Counted from the stretch's first letter, positions 17,588-27,383 are shown. The stretch is DNA of 64,000 nucleotides from Deltaproteobacteria bacterium (GCA_029261855.1 JAJDAN010000021.1:15212-79211); one strand, 5' to 3'. Numbers and translations are program-made. The notes: generated from the letters alone by a model not told the origin.

Positions 17588-18232
17588 ATGACGTTCGCGT
17601 CTCGACATCTCTGCCTGATTGGACTGCTGCTGATCGCGAGCCTGGCCGCGCCCCCGGCCTCCGCCGAGCCTCCCAAGCGGGGGGGGCCGCCGATCCTGGC
17701 CCTCCGCTACGCCGAACGCCTGGGGCTCGACGCGGACACGCAGGCGAAGCTCCGGGAGATCGTCTCGGAGTCTCGTGCGCGGAACCGAGGGCTCGAGGAG
17801 AAGCTCCATGCGGCACGCGACGAGCTCGTCGCGCAGCTCGAGTCGACGGCACCCGACGAGGCGGCGGTGATGGCGCACGCGGATGCCGCCAGCGCCATCG
17901 AAGGGGAGATCTATCGGAACCGGCTGCAGGCCATCCTCGACATCCGGAAGCTGCTCACGCCCGAGCAACGCGAGGAGCTGGTTCGCCTGGCGTCGGAGCG
18001 CCCCGGCCGCGACGGTCGGCATCGCAGCCCGAACCACCTGCGCGGGCTCGGGTCTTGTCGAAAGGACCAGCGCGAACACTGCCCCGAGGCCACCGACGGA
18101 CCCGCACTCCTCAGTTGTCTCCAGGAAAACTGGAGCTCGCTGTCGGAGGAGTGCCGCACGGCGTTCGACTTGTCGAAGCCGGGCAAGCCCCCGCGACACC
18201 CGGGGCCGCCCTTCGGCCAACCTCCGCCGTGA
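17588..18232 (+). CDS. Spy/CpxP-family periplasmic protein fused to a C-terminal four-Cys repeat
   Basis: Signal peptide; LGLDADTQAKL, APDEAAVMA, LLTPEQREEL; tail CRKDQREHC...CLQENWSSLSEEC. Confidence 0.75.
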   Translation: MTFASRHLCLIGLLLIASLAAPPASAEPPKRGGPPILALRYAERLGLDADTQAKLREIVSESRARNRGLEEKLHAARDELVAQLESTAPDEAAVMAHADAASAIEGEIYRNRLQAILDIRKLLTPEQREELVRLASERPGRDGRHRSPNHLRGLGSCRKDQREHCPEATDGPALLSCLQENWSSLSEECRTAFDLSKPGKPPRHPGPPFGQPPP

Positions 18233-18349
18233 TCGCAGAGGGAGTGGCGAAGTCGCCGGGGCACAATCGATCGGCTTTGGGAAGTCTCCGAACGCGAGAC
18301 CCTGGTAGCGGTAAACGTCGAATCTCCGCAATAATCCAATCCGTCACAA

Positions 18350-19582
18350 ATGACGACCGCAACCCAACCCGAAGATTCTCCGCTCGCCGATTCATCGCCG
18401 TCGAATCGACAAATGCGCGGCTTCGAGCGCCTGCTCACCGTCTGGGTCTTCCTCTGCATGGTGGCAGGCATCGCACTCGGCCGGATTGCGCCCGGACTCT
18501 CACGCTCGCTCGACAGCATGACCCTCGATGTCGATGGAGCGCCTGTGGTCTCGATTCCGATTGCCATCTGTCTCTTCTTCATGATGTACCCAATCATGGT
18601 GAAGATCGACTTCACGGAGGTCGTCGCCGCGGGGAAGAGCGTGCGGCCAGTCCTCCTCACCTTGTTCGTCAACTGGTGCATCAAGCCCTTCACGATGCTC
18701 GCCATCGCGAGCTTCTTCCTGGGCACGCTCTTCCTCGGGTTCATCGGCCCGGAAGCGACTGACCTCCTCAAGCTTCCCTTCGGCCTGGACCTCGCGGAAG
18801 GTGCGCGATACGGCGCGGGACAGGTCGTGGTTCAGGACGGCATCAAACTTCTCGAGGTTCCGCTTTGGCGCAGCTATCTCGCAGGCTGCATCTTGCTCGG
18901 CGTCGCACCCTGCACGGCGATGGTTCTCGTCTGGGGCTACCTCGCCAAGGGAAGCGACGCCCATACGCTCGTCATGGTGGCGCTCAATTCCCTCACCATG
19001 CTCGTCCTCTACGGAGTCCTGGGCGGCTATTTGCTGGGCGTCGGCCGATTGCCCGTCCCTTGGCAGGCGCTCCTGCTGTCCATCGGCGTCTACGTCGCCT
19101 TGCCCCTCGTCGCCGGCTACCTCTCACGCCGACTGATCATTCAGGCCAAGGGGGAGGAGTGGTTCAAGGAGAAGTTCCTGCATCTTCTCACGCCCATTAC
19201 CGTTGGCGCGCTGCTCCTCACGCTGGTGCTGCTCTTCTCTTTCAAGGGCGAAGTCATTCTCGGCAATCCACTGACGATCCTCTGGATCGCCATCCCGCTC
19301 ACCATCCAGACGCTGCTGATCTTCGCGATCGGCTATGGGCTCGCCAAGCTACTGGGGCTTCGGTACGCCGACGCCGCGCCCACTGCCATGATTGGTGCGA
19401 GCAACCATTTCGAAGTGGCGATTGCGACGGCGGTCATGCTGTTTGGGCTTTCTTCTGGCGCCGCTCTCGCGACAGTGGTTGGAGTTCTCATCGAGGTGCC
19501 GCTCATGCTGGCTCTCGTTCGGTTCTGCCTGAAGACTCAGGGTTGGTTTCCGCCGGAAGAAGAAGTCGTCGTCAATTCGTGA
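18350..19582 (+). CDS. acr3: Arsenite efflux transporter ACR3
   Basis: [53 protein letters not shown]. Confidence 0.95.
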   Translation: MTTATQPEDSPLADSSPSNRQMRGFERLLTVWVFLCMVAGIALGRIAPGLSRSLDSMTLDVDGAPVVSIPIAICLFFMMYPIMVKIDFTEVVAAGKSVRPVLLTLFVNWCIKPFTMLAIASFFLGTLFLGFIGPEATDLLKLPFGLDLAEGARYGAGQVVVQDGIKLLEVPLWRSYLAGCILLGVAPCTAMVLVWGYLAKGSDAHTLVMVALNSLTMLVLYGVLGGYLLGVGRLPVPWQALLLSIGVYVALPLVAGYLSRRLIIQAKGEEWFKEKFLHLLTPITVGALLLTLVLLFSFKGEVILGNPLTILWIAIPLTIQTLLIFAIGYGLAKLLGLRYADAAPTAMIGASNHFEVAIATAVMLFGLSSGAALATVVGVLIEVPLMLALVRFCLKTQGWFPPEEEVVVNS

Positions 19583-21767
19583 AGCTCGTGCGGTGCCGGC
19601 GTCTCGCGACCTGAAGCTTTTCATAGCTCTCGACGAGCCTCAGGTGCTTGTCGATTCCATCGAGCTTCATGTTGGTCGGCGTCAACCCAAAGAACCGGGT
19701 CCTTCCTGTCACACTCGAGGCTGCATTGCCGACGATTTCCTCGCCGTACATTCGAGTCAGACTCGGGATGTAATTTTGAAGCTCGAGGTCTTCTCGGAGC
19801 GTGATGTCGAGCACGGTATCCAAGACCTGGTAGAACCTTCTTCGCGCGGGCACGTTGTCGTTGTATTGCAAGAACAGGCCCACCCATTCCTTCGCTTCTT
19901 CGTGCCTTCCGAGGGCCAGGCAGATGAGCCCTTTGAGTTCGCTGATCGTGCACTTCCCCCACGGAGAGTTCTCGTCGAACGCAACCCCAATCAGATCTGG
20001 GATCAACGTGTACTCATCAAGCTCACTGGCTTCGAACTTCTCGAGCAGGCACGAGAGAGCTGGGGTACCCAGTGAGTGAATGTTGAGTATGTCTGACCGG
20101 AAGGCGAGTGCCTTGTTGGTGTTGCCCCAGACGAGGTCCTCGGCTTCATAGATTTCCGAATAGCCCGGAACCAGGATCCTGCAGGCGTTCGCGCCGAGAT
20201 CTTCGTAGTCCGCGATGTAGACCTCCTTGCCCAGGTCTCTCAGGATGCCCATCAAATGCTGATATTCTTCCTCCGTCGAGCCTGAGAAGTTCCAGTCGGC
20301 GAATTCATGGTCGGTGGCCTGGCCAAAGAACTTCCAGGAAACCACACCACTCGAGTCGATGAAGTGCTCGACCATGTTGTCCGGCTCACGGATGGCAAAC
20401 TGGTTGAAGGTGGGCGGCGGAAGATCGTCCAAGCCCTCGAAGCTCCTGCCTTGCATCAATTCCGTCAGGCTTCTCTCGAGCGCCACCTCGAACCTTGGAT
20501 GCCCTCCAAACGACGCGAACGCCCCACCCGTTTTAGGGTTCATGATCGCGACACACATCACAGGGAATCTCCCCCCGAGCGAAGCGTCTTTCACGAAAAC
20601 GGGGAAACCCTGTGCTTCCAGCTTCGCGATGCCGGCGGCGATTGTTGGAAATCTCTCGATGACGGCCTCGGGAACGTCAGGCAGCGTGAGTTCCTCGAGG
20701 ATGATCTGCTTCTTCACGGCGCGTTCGAGAATCTCGGACAGGGCCTGAACGCGTGCTTCGTAGAGCGTGTTGCCCGCGCTCATGCCGTTGCTGACGAAAA
20801 TATTCCCAATCAGATTGGCCGGGATATGGACCGTCTCCCGGTCGGATTGCCGCACGAACGGAAGGGCGCAAATCCCTCGTTCGATCGCTCCGGAATTCGT
20901 ATCCACGAGATGGGAGGCTTTGAGTTCCTGGTCGCGATCGAAAGTCGCCATGAACAGCTCGTCCATCAGGCCTTCGGGAATCGAATCATCGGGCCCCGGC
21001 TCGAACCATTTTTCGTTGGCGTAGTGAACGAATTCGGCTTTGGCCCTCTCTTCGCCGAGGTAGTAGTCGTTGTAGAAGTAGTTGTTGCTCATTCGCTCGA
21101 GGTACTCCCCGAGCGCCGAGCACAGGGCTGCGTCTCGGGTCGCGCCCTTTCCGTTCGTGTAACACATGGGCGACTCGGCATCGCGGATGTGAACGGACCA
21201 CACGTGGGGAACGATGTTTCTCCAGGCCGCGATCTCGATCTTGATCCCGAGCGACTCGATGAGCCCGCTCATGGTGCGGATCGTCTCTTCGAGAGAGCAG
21301 TCCTTTCCGGGGATCATGGTTCTGGCGCCGTCTCCAGAGCGACTCTCATAGAGAAGGCCAGAGTCTTTCCCCAGAACACTGACGGAGTCGACTTTGAAAC
21401 CCAGATCGTTTTGAATCACTCGTTTTACCGTGCAGCGGTCCATCGCACGGATGATTCCATCCCGGTCCTTGTCGGATATCCCTTCCGGAAGCTCAGCACG
21501 AATCTTGAACGTTTGCTGATACCTGTTTTCAGGGTCGACGATGTTGTCCTGAACGATGCTCATGTCTTCGGTGGGAATGTCTCGGGTGTTGCAGTAGGCC
21601 TTGGCAAAATAGGCCGCGCAGAGTGCCGACGAAGCCAGGAAGTAGTCGAAGGGACCCGGAGCCGTCCCATCCCCCTTGTAGCGAACGGGTTGATCGCTGA
21701 TGACCGTGAAGTCATCGAAGCTTGCTTCCAGCCTGAGATTGTCCAGAAACCTGACTTTTACCTGCAT
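19572..21767 (-). CDS. OsmC-domain/YcaO-domain fusion protein
   Basis: N-terminal [26 protein letters not shown] (OsmC); YcaO motifs [38 protein letters not shown]. Confidence 0.92.
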   Translation of the reverse strand: MQVKVRFLDNLRLEASFDDFTVISDQPVRYKGDGTAPGPFDYFLASSALCAAYFAKAYCNTRDIPTEDMSIVQDNIVDPENRYQQTFKIRAELPEGISDKDRDGIIRAMDRCTVKRVIQNDLGFKVDSVSVLGKDSGLLYESRSGDGARTMIPGKDCSLEETIRTMSGLIESLGIKIEIAAWRNIVPHVWSVHIRDAESPMCYTNGKGATRDAALCSALGEYLERMSNNYFYNDYYLGEERAKAEFVHYANEKWFEPGPDDSIPEGLMDELFMATFDRDQELKASHLVDTNSGAIERGICALPFVRQSDRETVHIPANLIGNIFVSNGMSAGNTLYEARVQALSEILERAVKKQIILEELTLPDVPEAVIERFPTIAAGIAKLEAQGFPVFVKDASLGGRFPVMCVAIMNPKTGGAFASFGGHPRFEVALERSLTELMQGRSFEGLDDLPPPTFNQFAIREPDNMVEHFIDSSGVVSWKFFGQATDHEFADWNFSGSTEEEYQHLMGILRDLGKEVYIADYEDLGANACRILVPGYSEIYEAEDLVWGNTNKALAFRSDILNIHSLGTPALSCLLEKFEASELDEYTLIPDLIGVAFDENSPWGKCTISELKGLICLALGRHEEAKEWVGLFLQYNDNVPARRRFYQVLDTVLDITLREDLELQNYIPSLTRMYGEEIVGNAASSVTGRTRFFGLTPTNMKLDGIDKHLRLVESYEKLQVARRRHRTSFTN

Positions 21768-21941
21768 GTTGTTTCCCGGGGTTGGCTCTTCGACAAGGTA
21801 CCGGTATCGGTGCCACAAAGAACCGGCAGCATCGAACTCTCAGCCTGGGTGTCGCGTCCTGCGTGCCACGAGAAGGCGAGAGCCCCGAGTCGCCCGATAG
21901 AGGGAGCCGCCCGGCGCTCGGGTTCGAGAGGCCGCGGTCGG

Positions 21942-22290
21942 ATGCTCCTGGCATGGCGGTCGAGTACGTCGCTGCTCGGCGTCGCGCTGATGGACGCCGG
22001 GGACAGAGAGTCCGCGCGCGACGTCTTCCTGCGTCAGCTGGACATGGACCCGCCGGCGGTCCGGAACAGTCGCGCCGCCGTCCTGGTCTGGGACGGCCAG
22101 GCCGAAGAGGCGCTGCCGCTGCTGCTGCAGAGCTACCGCGGAAACCAGGAGCCGACCGATCGAACCGCCGTGGCGTGCGTCCTGGCCTTGGCGTACGCGT
22201 CCCTCGGGCGGCGGGACGATGCCAAGTGCGTCGTCGAGCAGGCGCGCGACCTCGACGCCGCGTGCACGCGCGGAACCCGCCGTCGGTTGA
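21942..22290 (+). pseudogene. Probable TPR-protein fragment
   Basis: LLGVALMDAGDRESARDVF...GQAEEALPLL...LALAYASLGRRDDAKCVVEQARDLD reads as TPR helices, without a convincing start or end. Confidence 0.45.
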
Positions 22291-22350
22291 GCCCGCGAGA
22301 TCGCATCCGGGCATGCTGCCGCCACGACGCCGATGTGGGACGCTGCGCCG

Positions 22351-22649
22351 ATGGCGGACTACGCGGACTCCCAGTACGAGAGTCACGATGGGCTCGTCCT
22401 CTACGCGCGGGACTACGCGGGCACCGGACACCGCGACACGTCCCGACCCGCCATCGTGTGTCTGTCGGGGCTCACGGGCACCTCTGCCAGCCTTGAGGAT
22501 CTCGCCAACCCTCTCGCCTCGGACTACCGATGCACCGACGCAAGCCGAACCTACGGGTAGCGACGATCCACCGCCGCGGGAACTGCCCGACGTTGAGCGA
22601 GCCCGAATCCGTCGCCGCGCTCGACCGCTTCTTGTCAGAGCTTCGCTGA
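22351..22649 (+). pseudogene. Internally deleted alpha/beta hydrolase relic
   Basis: N-terminus YESHDGLVLYARDY...PAIVCLSGLTG joined in another frame to C-terminus PNLRVATIHRRGNCPTLSEPESVAALDRFL*; the central domain is missing. Confidence 0.7.
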
Positions 22650-22742
22650 GCGCCCGCCATACCGGTAAGCGATTTGGTGCAGGCATGGGGGCGCCTGGTA
22701 CTCACACGGCGCCGACCGTCCTTTGCGCGGACAACCGACCTC

Positions 22743-23354
22743 CTAGGACTCCCCTGGGCCGAGCTGCAGGATTCCCAGCCTTCGCCCCCGGGCTCGACCG
22801 GCGAACAAGAAGAAGGCATTCGTCGCCCAATCGAGCTCGCCGTACTTGTCTTCGAAGAGGCCGGAGATGCGTGCGACGAGTTCGGGCGAGGCGTCATCCA
22901 TCCAGTGCAGAGTCGGGCGACTCCGGTGTGCAATGCCGTCACGGACCCACTCGAGCGTCGCTTGTTTCCCGATCGCCGCCAAGCGATCGCGCGAACCGTC
23001 GTAGAACACGACCGGACCCCCAGTGAGTTCGTCGTCCACCACCCACACGCGAAGGTCGAGTACCTTCCCCGTGACCGGATCCACGGGTCGAATCACGACG
23101 ACCTCGCCACTTTCCCAGCCGAGATGTACTGCGCCGAGAGGGATCGCCCAGAGCGCGCACCATGCCACGACGGCACCGGCGATCCACTTGAGGTCCGCGT
23201 CGCCTGGTCGCACCCACGCCTTCGCGAGCATCGCGACACCCACAATCGTACCGAGCCATGCGAGCAGTCCGCCGCGGGTCAGGAGCAGGCCGATGGAGAG
23301 AGCCGCAAGGGCGATTGAGAGAGAAAGAGCGGTCGCGCGCGTCGGCACAGTCAT
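22743..23354 (-). CDS. Hypothetical membrane protein
   Basis: Three hydrophobic N-terminal segments, then a soluble domain (GEVVVIR...LRVWVVDD...LFEDKYG). Confidence 0.6.
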   Translation of the reverse strand: MTVPTRATALSLSIALAALSIGLLLTRGGLLAWLGTIVGVAMLAKAWVRPGDADLKWIAGAVVAWCALWAIPLGAVHLGWESGEVVVIRPVDPVTGKVLDLRVWVVDDELTGGPVVFYDGSRDRLAAIGKQATLEWVRDGIAHRSRPTLHWMDDASPELVARISGLFEDKYGELDWATNAFFLFAGRARGRRLGILQLGPGES

Positions 23355-23393
23355 CGCTGCGAAACCTAACACGCGCGGCAACGTCTCTCGACG

Positions 23394-23540
23394 GAGCCAA
23401 TGGGGTAGAACTCGGCGGCGCCAATCTCGACTCGCGCCCCCGGGTCCCGCATTCCTGCAACGACCGCGACCCTCTCACTCGATTCGAGATTGGCTCTCCA
23501 CTCGATGATCAAATTGGATCCTTGTGAATCATATTGGCTC
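23394..23540. promoter_or_regulatory. Putative MocR operator repeats ATTGG(C/A)TC
   Basis: ATTGGCTC 23489, ATTGGATC 23513, ATTGGCTC 23533 and inverted GAGCCAAT 23394, in an AT-rich stretch before the MocR gene. Confidence 0.6.
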
Positions 23541-23555
23541 CTCTAGATTGAGGAC

Positions 23556-25112
23556 GTGCTCGACCTCGCCTTCCAACCCGACCGCCGCAGTCGTGTCCCC
23601 ATGCACCGGCAGCTCGCCGACACCCTGCGCCAGTTGATCGCCAGCGGCCGGCTGCCCGCCGGCGAGAAGCTGCCCGCCTCCCGGGACCTGGCCGCCACCC
23701 TCTGCATCGCGCGCAACACGGCGACCCGCGCCTATCAAGCGCTGGTGGACGAGGGCGCGCTCGTGGCCCACGTCGGCCAGGGCACCTTCGTGGGGTCCCG
23801 GGCTGCTGCCCGCCGGGCCGGGGCCGGGGAGGAGGCCCGGGAAGAGCCCGGGGAAGAGGCCGAGCCGCAGCGCCCCTTCGCGTGGGACACGCTGCTGTCC
23901 CAGTTGGGCCGCACGCCGCCGCCGCCCGGGTTGCTGGCGCCGGCCGCCGGCCCGGCGCGCTTCGACTTCGAGGGCGGGCGGGTGGACAGCGGTGCCCTGC
24001 CCTTCGCGGCTCTCAAGCGTGCCTGGTCGCGGGCCATCTCCCAGACCCTCCCGAACGTCGCCAACGACCGCGACCCGCTGGGCTACGCGCCGCTGCGACA
24101 CGCGGTCGCCACGCGTCTGGTGGCCCGGGGCATCGGCTGCGAGGCCGACGACGTGCTCGTCACCGCCGGCGCCCAGCAGGCCCTCGAACTCGTGTCCCGG
24201 GTGCTCGTCGATCCCGGCGAGGCGGTGGCCGTCGAGCAGCCGGGCTACTTCGGGGCCACGATGGTCTTCGCTGCGGCGGGGGCCCGGATCACGGGCATCG
24301 AAGTGGACGACGACGGACTGCGCACCGACGTCCTGGCCCGGGCGCTGCGCAGCCAGCGCATCAAGCTCGTCTACACCACGCCGGCGGCGCAGATGCCGAC
24401 GGGTGCGGTGCTCTCGGATGCCCGCCGCCAGGCACTGATGGAGCTCGCGGACGCGACCCAGACGCCGGTCCTCGAGGACGACTACGACAGCGAGTTCCGC
24501 TTCGGCAACGCCCCCCTTTCGGCCCTGAAGGCCCGGGACCCGGCGGGCCAGGTCATCTACGTGGGCACCTTTTCGAAGGCGCTCTTCCCCGGACTGCGAC
24601 TCGGCTACGTGGTGGCCGCGCGGCCGCTACTCGGACGCCTCGCGCTGGCGCGACTGCGCGCGAGCATGGGCCCCGATCTGCTCTCGCAGATCGCCGTCGC
24701 GGACCTGCTCGAGTCCGGTGCCCTGGAGCGCCACCTGCGCGGCGTGCGCCGGCACTACGCAGAACGACGCGAGGCGCTATTGGTCGCCCTCGACGCGCAC
24801 CTGCCGACAGGCTTTCGCTGGTCGCAACCAACCGGCGGCCTGGGGGTGTGGCTCGCACTCCCGGATGGCCTCGACGCCGACACCCTGCGCCGCGAGGCAT
24901 GCGCGCGGGGCATCGCGATCGCCTCGGGCAGGGCCTTCTATCGCGATGGCTTCAGCGGTGGCTTCGGTGACGGCGCCAGCGATGGCCGGGGCTCCGGCCA
25001 CATCAGCCTCTCCTTCGCGAGCGAGACCCCCGCGACCCTTGCCGAGGGCGTCGCGCAGCTCGCGTCGATCGCGCGGCGACTCCGCGCGCGCGGGCGCAGG
25101 AAGAAGACATGA
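23556..25112 (+). CDS. MocR/GabR-family PLP-dependent GntR transcriptional regulator
   Basis: wHTH GRLPAGEKLPASRDLA...GQGTFV; aminotransferase domain EDDYDSEFRF, GTFSKALFPGLRLGY. Confidence 0.93.
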   Translation: MLDLAFQPDRRSRVPMHRQLADTLRQLIASGRLPAGEKLPASRDLAATLCIARNTATRAYQALVDEGALVAHVGQGTFVGSRAAARRAGAGEEAREEPGEEAEPQRPFAWDTLLSQLGRTPPPPGLLAPAAGPARFDFEGGRVDSGALPFAALKRAWSRAISQTLPNVANDRDPLGYAPLRHAVATRLVARGIGCEADDVLVTAGAQQALELVSRVLVDPGEAVAVEQPGYFGATMVFAAAGARITGIEVDDDGLRTDVLARALRSQRIKLVYTTPAAQMPTGAVLSDARRQALMELADATQTPVLEDDYDSEFRFGNAPLSALKARDPAGQVIYVGTFSKALFPGLRLGYVVAARPLLGRLALARLRASMGPDLLSQIAVADLLESGALERHLRGVRRHYAERREALLVALDAHLPTGFRWSQPTGGLGVWLALPDGLDADTLRREACARGIAIASGRAFYRDGFSGGFGDGASDGRGSGHISLSFASETPATLAEGVAQLASIARRLRARGRRKKT

Positions 25113-25122
25113 GGAGGACGAC

Positions 25123-25542
25123 ATGAACGAGACACGCCTCGACGGCTTCGGCTGGCTCTTCCTGGCGATCGGCCTGGGGAGTATGGCCAACGCCCTGTGG
25201 ATGCTGGTGGGCCCCATGCACTGGTTCACCGACCTGCCGACGACGGCGCCCCACACGGGCCCCTTCCACCCACACTTCGTCCGCGACATCGGCCTGGCGT
25301 TCCTGACGGTGGGCATCGCCCTGGTGTGGGCCGCCCGGGCGCCTCACTTCCGCGTCCCCCTGGCCACGACGGCGGCACTCTTCCTCGTCTTCCACGCGCT
25401 GCTGCACATCTGGGACACGAGCACCGGCGCCCTCGACCCGCACCACGTGTGGCTCGACCTGCCCGGCGTCTACCTGCCGGCGGCGCTCATCGGCTGGGCG
25501 GCGTTCGCGTTGGCCCGGCGCGGGCGCGCCGCGACCGCCTAG
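25123..25542 (+). CDS. Hypothetical membrane protein, four TM, His-rich
   Basis: ATG after GAGGAGG; HTGPFHPHFVRDIGLAF, FHALLHIWD. Confidence 0.75.
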   Translation: MNETRLDGFGWLFLAIGLGSMANALWMLVGPMHWFTDLPTTAPHTGPFHPHFVRDIGLAFLTVGIALVWAARAPHFRVPLATTAALFLVFHALLHIWDTSTGALDPHHVWLDLPGVYLPAALIGWAAFALARRGRAATA

Positions 25543-25586
25543 CAAAGCGACACGAACCGAAGCGCAAGCGGAGACAGGAGAATCCC

Positions 25587-26168
25587 ATGGCGAGACTGAA
25601 GGGTGCGAGCAACGAGGAGGCGAGCTTCGTCACCAGGGCGATCTTCCGGGTCGCTGCCAAGACGAAGGGCAAGGTCCCCGACCCGCTGCGCATCATGGCG
25701 CGCAGCAGCGGCGTGATGTGGGCGGCCTGCGGCTTCGAGCTGGGCTGGGGACGCGCCCGCAGCGTCCCGCCGAGCCTCAAGTCCCTGGCCTCCTTGAAGG
25801 CGGCCTCGATGGTCGGCTGCCTCTTCTGAATCGACGCCAACTCTGCCGTGGGCAGAGCCGAAGGCCTCAGCGAGGCCCAGGTGATGGCGAGCTCCGACTA
25901 CGCGGAGAGCGACGTCTTCAGCGATCTCGAGAAGCGCGTCCTCGACTACGCGGTCGCCCTCACCCGCACCCCCGCTGACGCAAGCGACGAGCTGGTCGCC
26001 GCCCTGCGCGAACACCTGAGCGACGAGCAGCTGGTGGAGATCACGGCCATGATCGCATGGGAGAACTTCCGGGCGCGCTTCAACCGGGGCTTCGACGTCG
26101 CGTCGCAAGACTTCTCGGAAGGCGCGTGCTGCCCGCTGCCGGAGCGCCCCGCGACAGCGGGGGAGTAG
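25587..26168 (+). CDS. AhpD/carboxymuconolactone-decarboxylase-like selenoprotein; Sec at TGA 25827-25829 (CxxU)
   Basis: ATG after AGGAG; LKAASMVGCLF-U-IDANSAVGRAEGLSE...FSDLEKRVLDYAVALT...QLVEITAMIAWENFRARFN. ORFs ending 25829 and starting 25848 are in frame. Confidence 0.9.
25841..25857 (+). promoter_or_regulatory. Putative bacterial SECIS hairpin
   Basis: CTCTGCC-GTG-GGCAGAG perfect stem; loop starts 18 nt after the TGA with G first. Confidence 0.7.
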
Positions 26169-27013
26169 CCGCTCGATTCGTTAATCTCGGCGGATGCGGA
26201 CCGTCCGTTTCGTTCTGCTTCTCGGGGCGGCGCTCGTCCTGGTGGTCGTCATGTGGAGTCGGATCGTCGATGGCCTGTTGTTCCACCCGACGCCGGGTGT
26301 GGACATCCGGCCCGAAGAGGTCGGCGTGGTGGGCGAGGACGTCTACCTCGAGACCGAGGACGGGGTTCGCATCCACGCTTTCTGGCTGCCTGCGTCGGGC
26401 GCCACCCGAGCCATCCTCTTCCTGCACGGCAACGCCGGGAACGCGTCGCACCGTCTGCCCAACGCCGCGGGCCTCGTCGGTCTCGGCGCGAGCGTGCTGC
26501 TGCTCGACTACCGCGGCTACGGGATGAGCGAGGGCACGCCGAGCGAGGCCGGCGTGGTGGCTGACGCGCGCGCCGGTCTCGCCCACCTGACCGGGCAGCG
26601 CGGCATCCCCGAAGAGCGCATCATCGTGTTCGGCCGATCTCTCGGCGGCGCCATCGCGGTCGATCTCGTGCAGGACCGAGCCGTCGCGGGCGTGATCCTC
26701 GAGAGCACCTTCACGTCGCTCTCCGGCATGGCCGGCGGCATCCTGCCGATCGCCGCTCCGTTCGTTCGGGGACGCTTCGATTCGGAGACGAAGATCGCGA
26801 ACCTGCGCGCGCCGCTGCTCTCGCTCCACGGCGATCGGGACGAGATCGTGCCCTTTGCCCTCGGCCGCGCCCTCTTCGATGCAGCCCCCGAGCCCAAGGC
26901 GTTCGAGACCCTCGTCGGCGCGGGCCACAACGACACGGTCCAGGTCGGCGGACGCCCGTACTACGAGCGGATCCGGCGCTTCCTCGATGACGTCGCGCCC
27001 GTGGAGGGATGAG
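26135..27013 (+). repeat. Long diverged direct repeat, copy 2
   Basis: Paired with 7583-8460. Confidence 0.9.
26194..27012 (+). CDS. Alpha/beta hydrolase, ABHD13/Bem46-like (copy 2)
   Basis: Same motifs as 7641..8459; about 90% aa identity. Confidence 0.9.
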   Translation: MRTVRFVLLLGAALVLVVVMWSRIVDGLLFHPTPGVDIRPEEVGVVGEDVYLETEDGVRIHAFWLPASGATRAILFLHGNAGNASHRLPNAAGLVGLGASVLLLDYRGYGMSEGTPSEAGVVADARAGLAHLTGQRGIPEERIIVFGRSLGGAIAVDLVQDRAVAGVILESTFTSLSGMAGGILPIAAPFVRGRFDSETKIANLRAPLLSLHGDRDEIVPFALGRALFDAAPEPKAFETLVGAGHNDTVQVGGRPYYERIRRFLDDVAPVEG

Positions 27014-27084
27014 CGAGGCAGCTCGGGCCCACTGCCGTGTTGGCTTCTGATGACACGCTCTTCTCCTTGCGATTCGGCCGGCTA

Positions 27085-27250
27085 AAGTTCGACTTCTTCC
27101 TGGCCGGGGGTCGCGGCGCGTACGTCGAACTCGGCCAGCTCGACGGCCCCGCCGACTACGGGAAGTACCAGGGGCGCTCGTTCACGCTGCTGCTGGTGGA
27201 CGAAGCGGGCCACTACCCGAGCCCCGAGCTCCTCGACCGGCTGCGCCATC
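27085..27250 (+). pseudogene. Phage terminase large-subunit-like fragment
   Basis: FFLAGGRG, then YGKYQGRSFTLLLVDEAGHYPSPELLDRLR, resembling the terminase ATPase Walker B region; very short, next to the tmRNA 3' end. Confidence 0.55.
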
Positions 27251-27383
27251 GGGAGGACCTCCTCCCAACCAGATCGGGTGCCCGGCCCGGTCCCCTTAGC
27301 GCGTTGGTCGGACCGAGCCTGTGCGTCACTTGTGCGTCACTTCGAAACCGGCCCTCATAACCGACCGATCTTGCAGCGAAAAA

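Noticed and set aside
20307-22496. 729-aa plus-strand ORF
   Set aside because: Antisense shadow of OsmC-YcaO; only the TPR-like tail looks protein-like.
19572-22700. RiPP biosynthetic cluster around YcaO
   Set aside because: No precursor peptide, E1-like or TfuA partner, dehydrogenase or transporter visible.
784-26168. Reading the three TGA-split gene pairs as nonsense pseudogenes or as a TGA-reassigned genetic code
   Set aside because: Each TGA sits at a redox Cys position with a hairpin behind it, while many ordinary genes here (panD, panC, smpB, tsaD) end normally at TGA.
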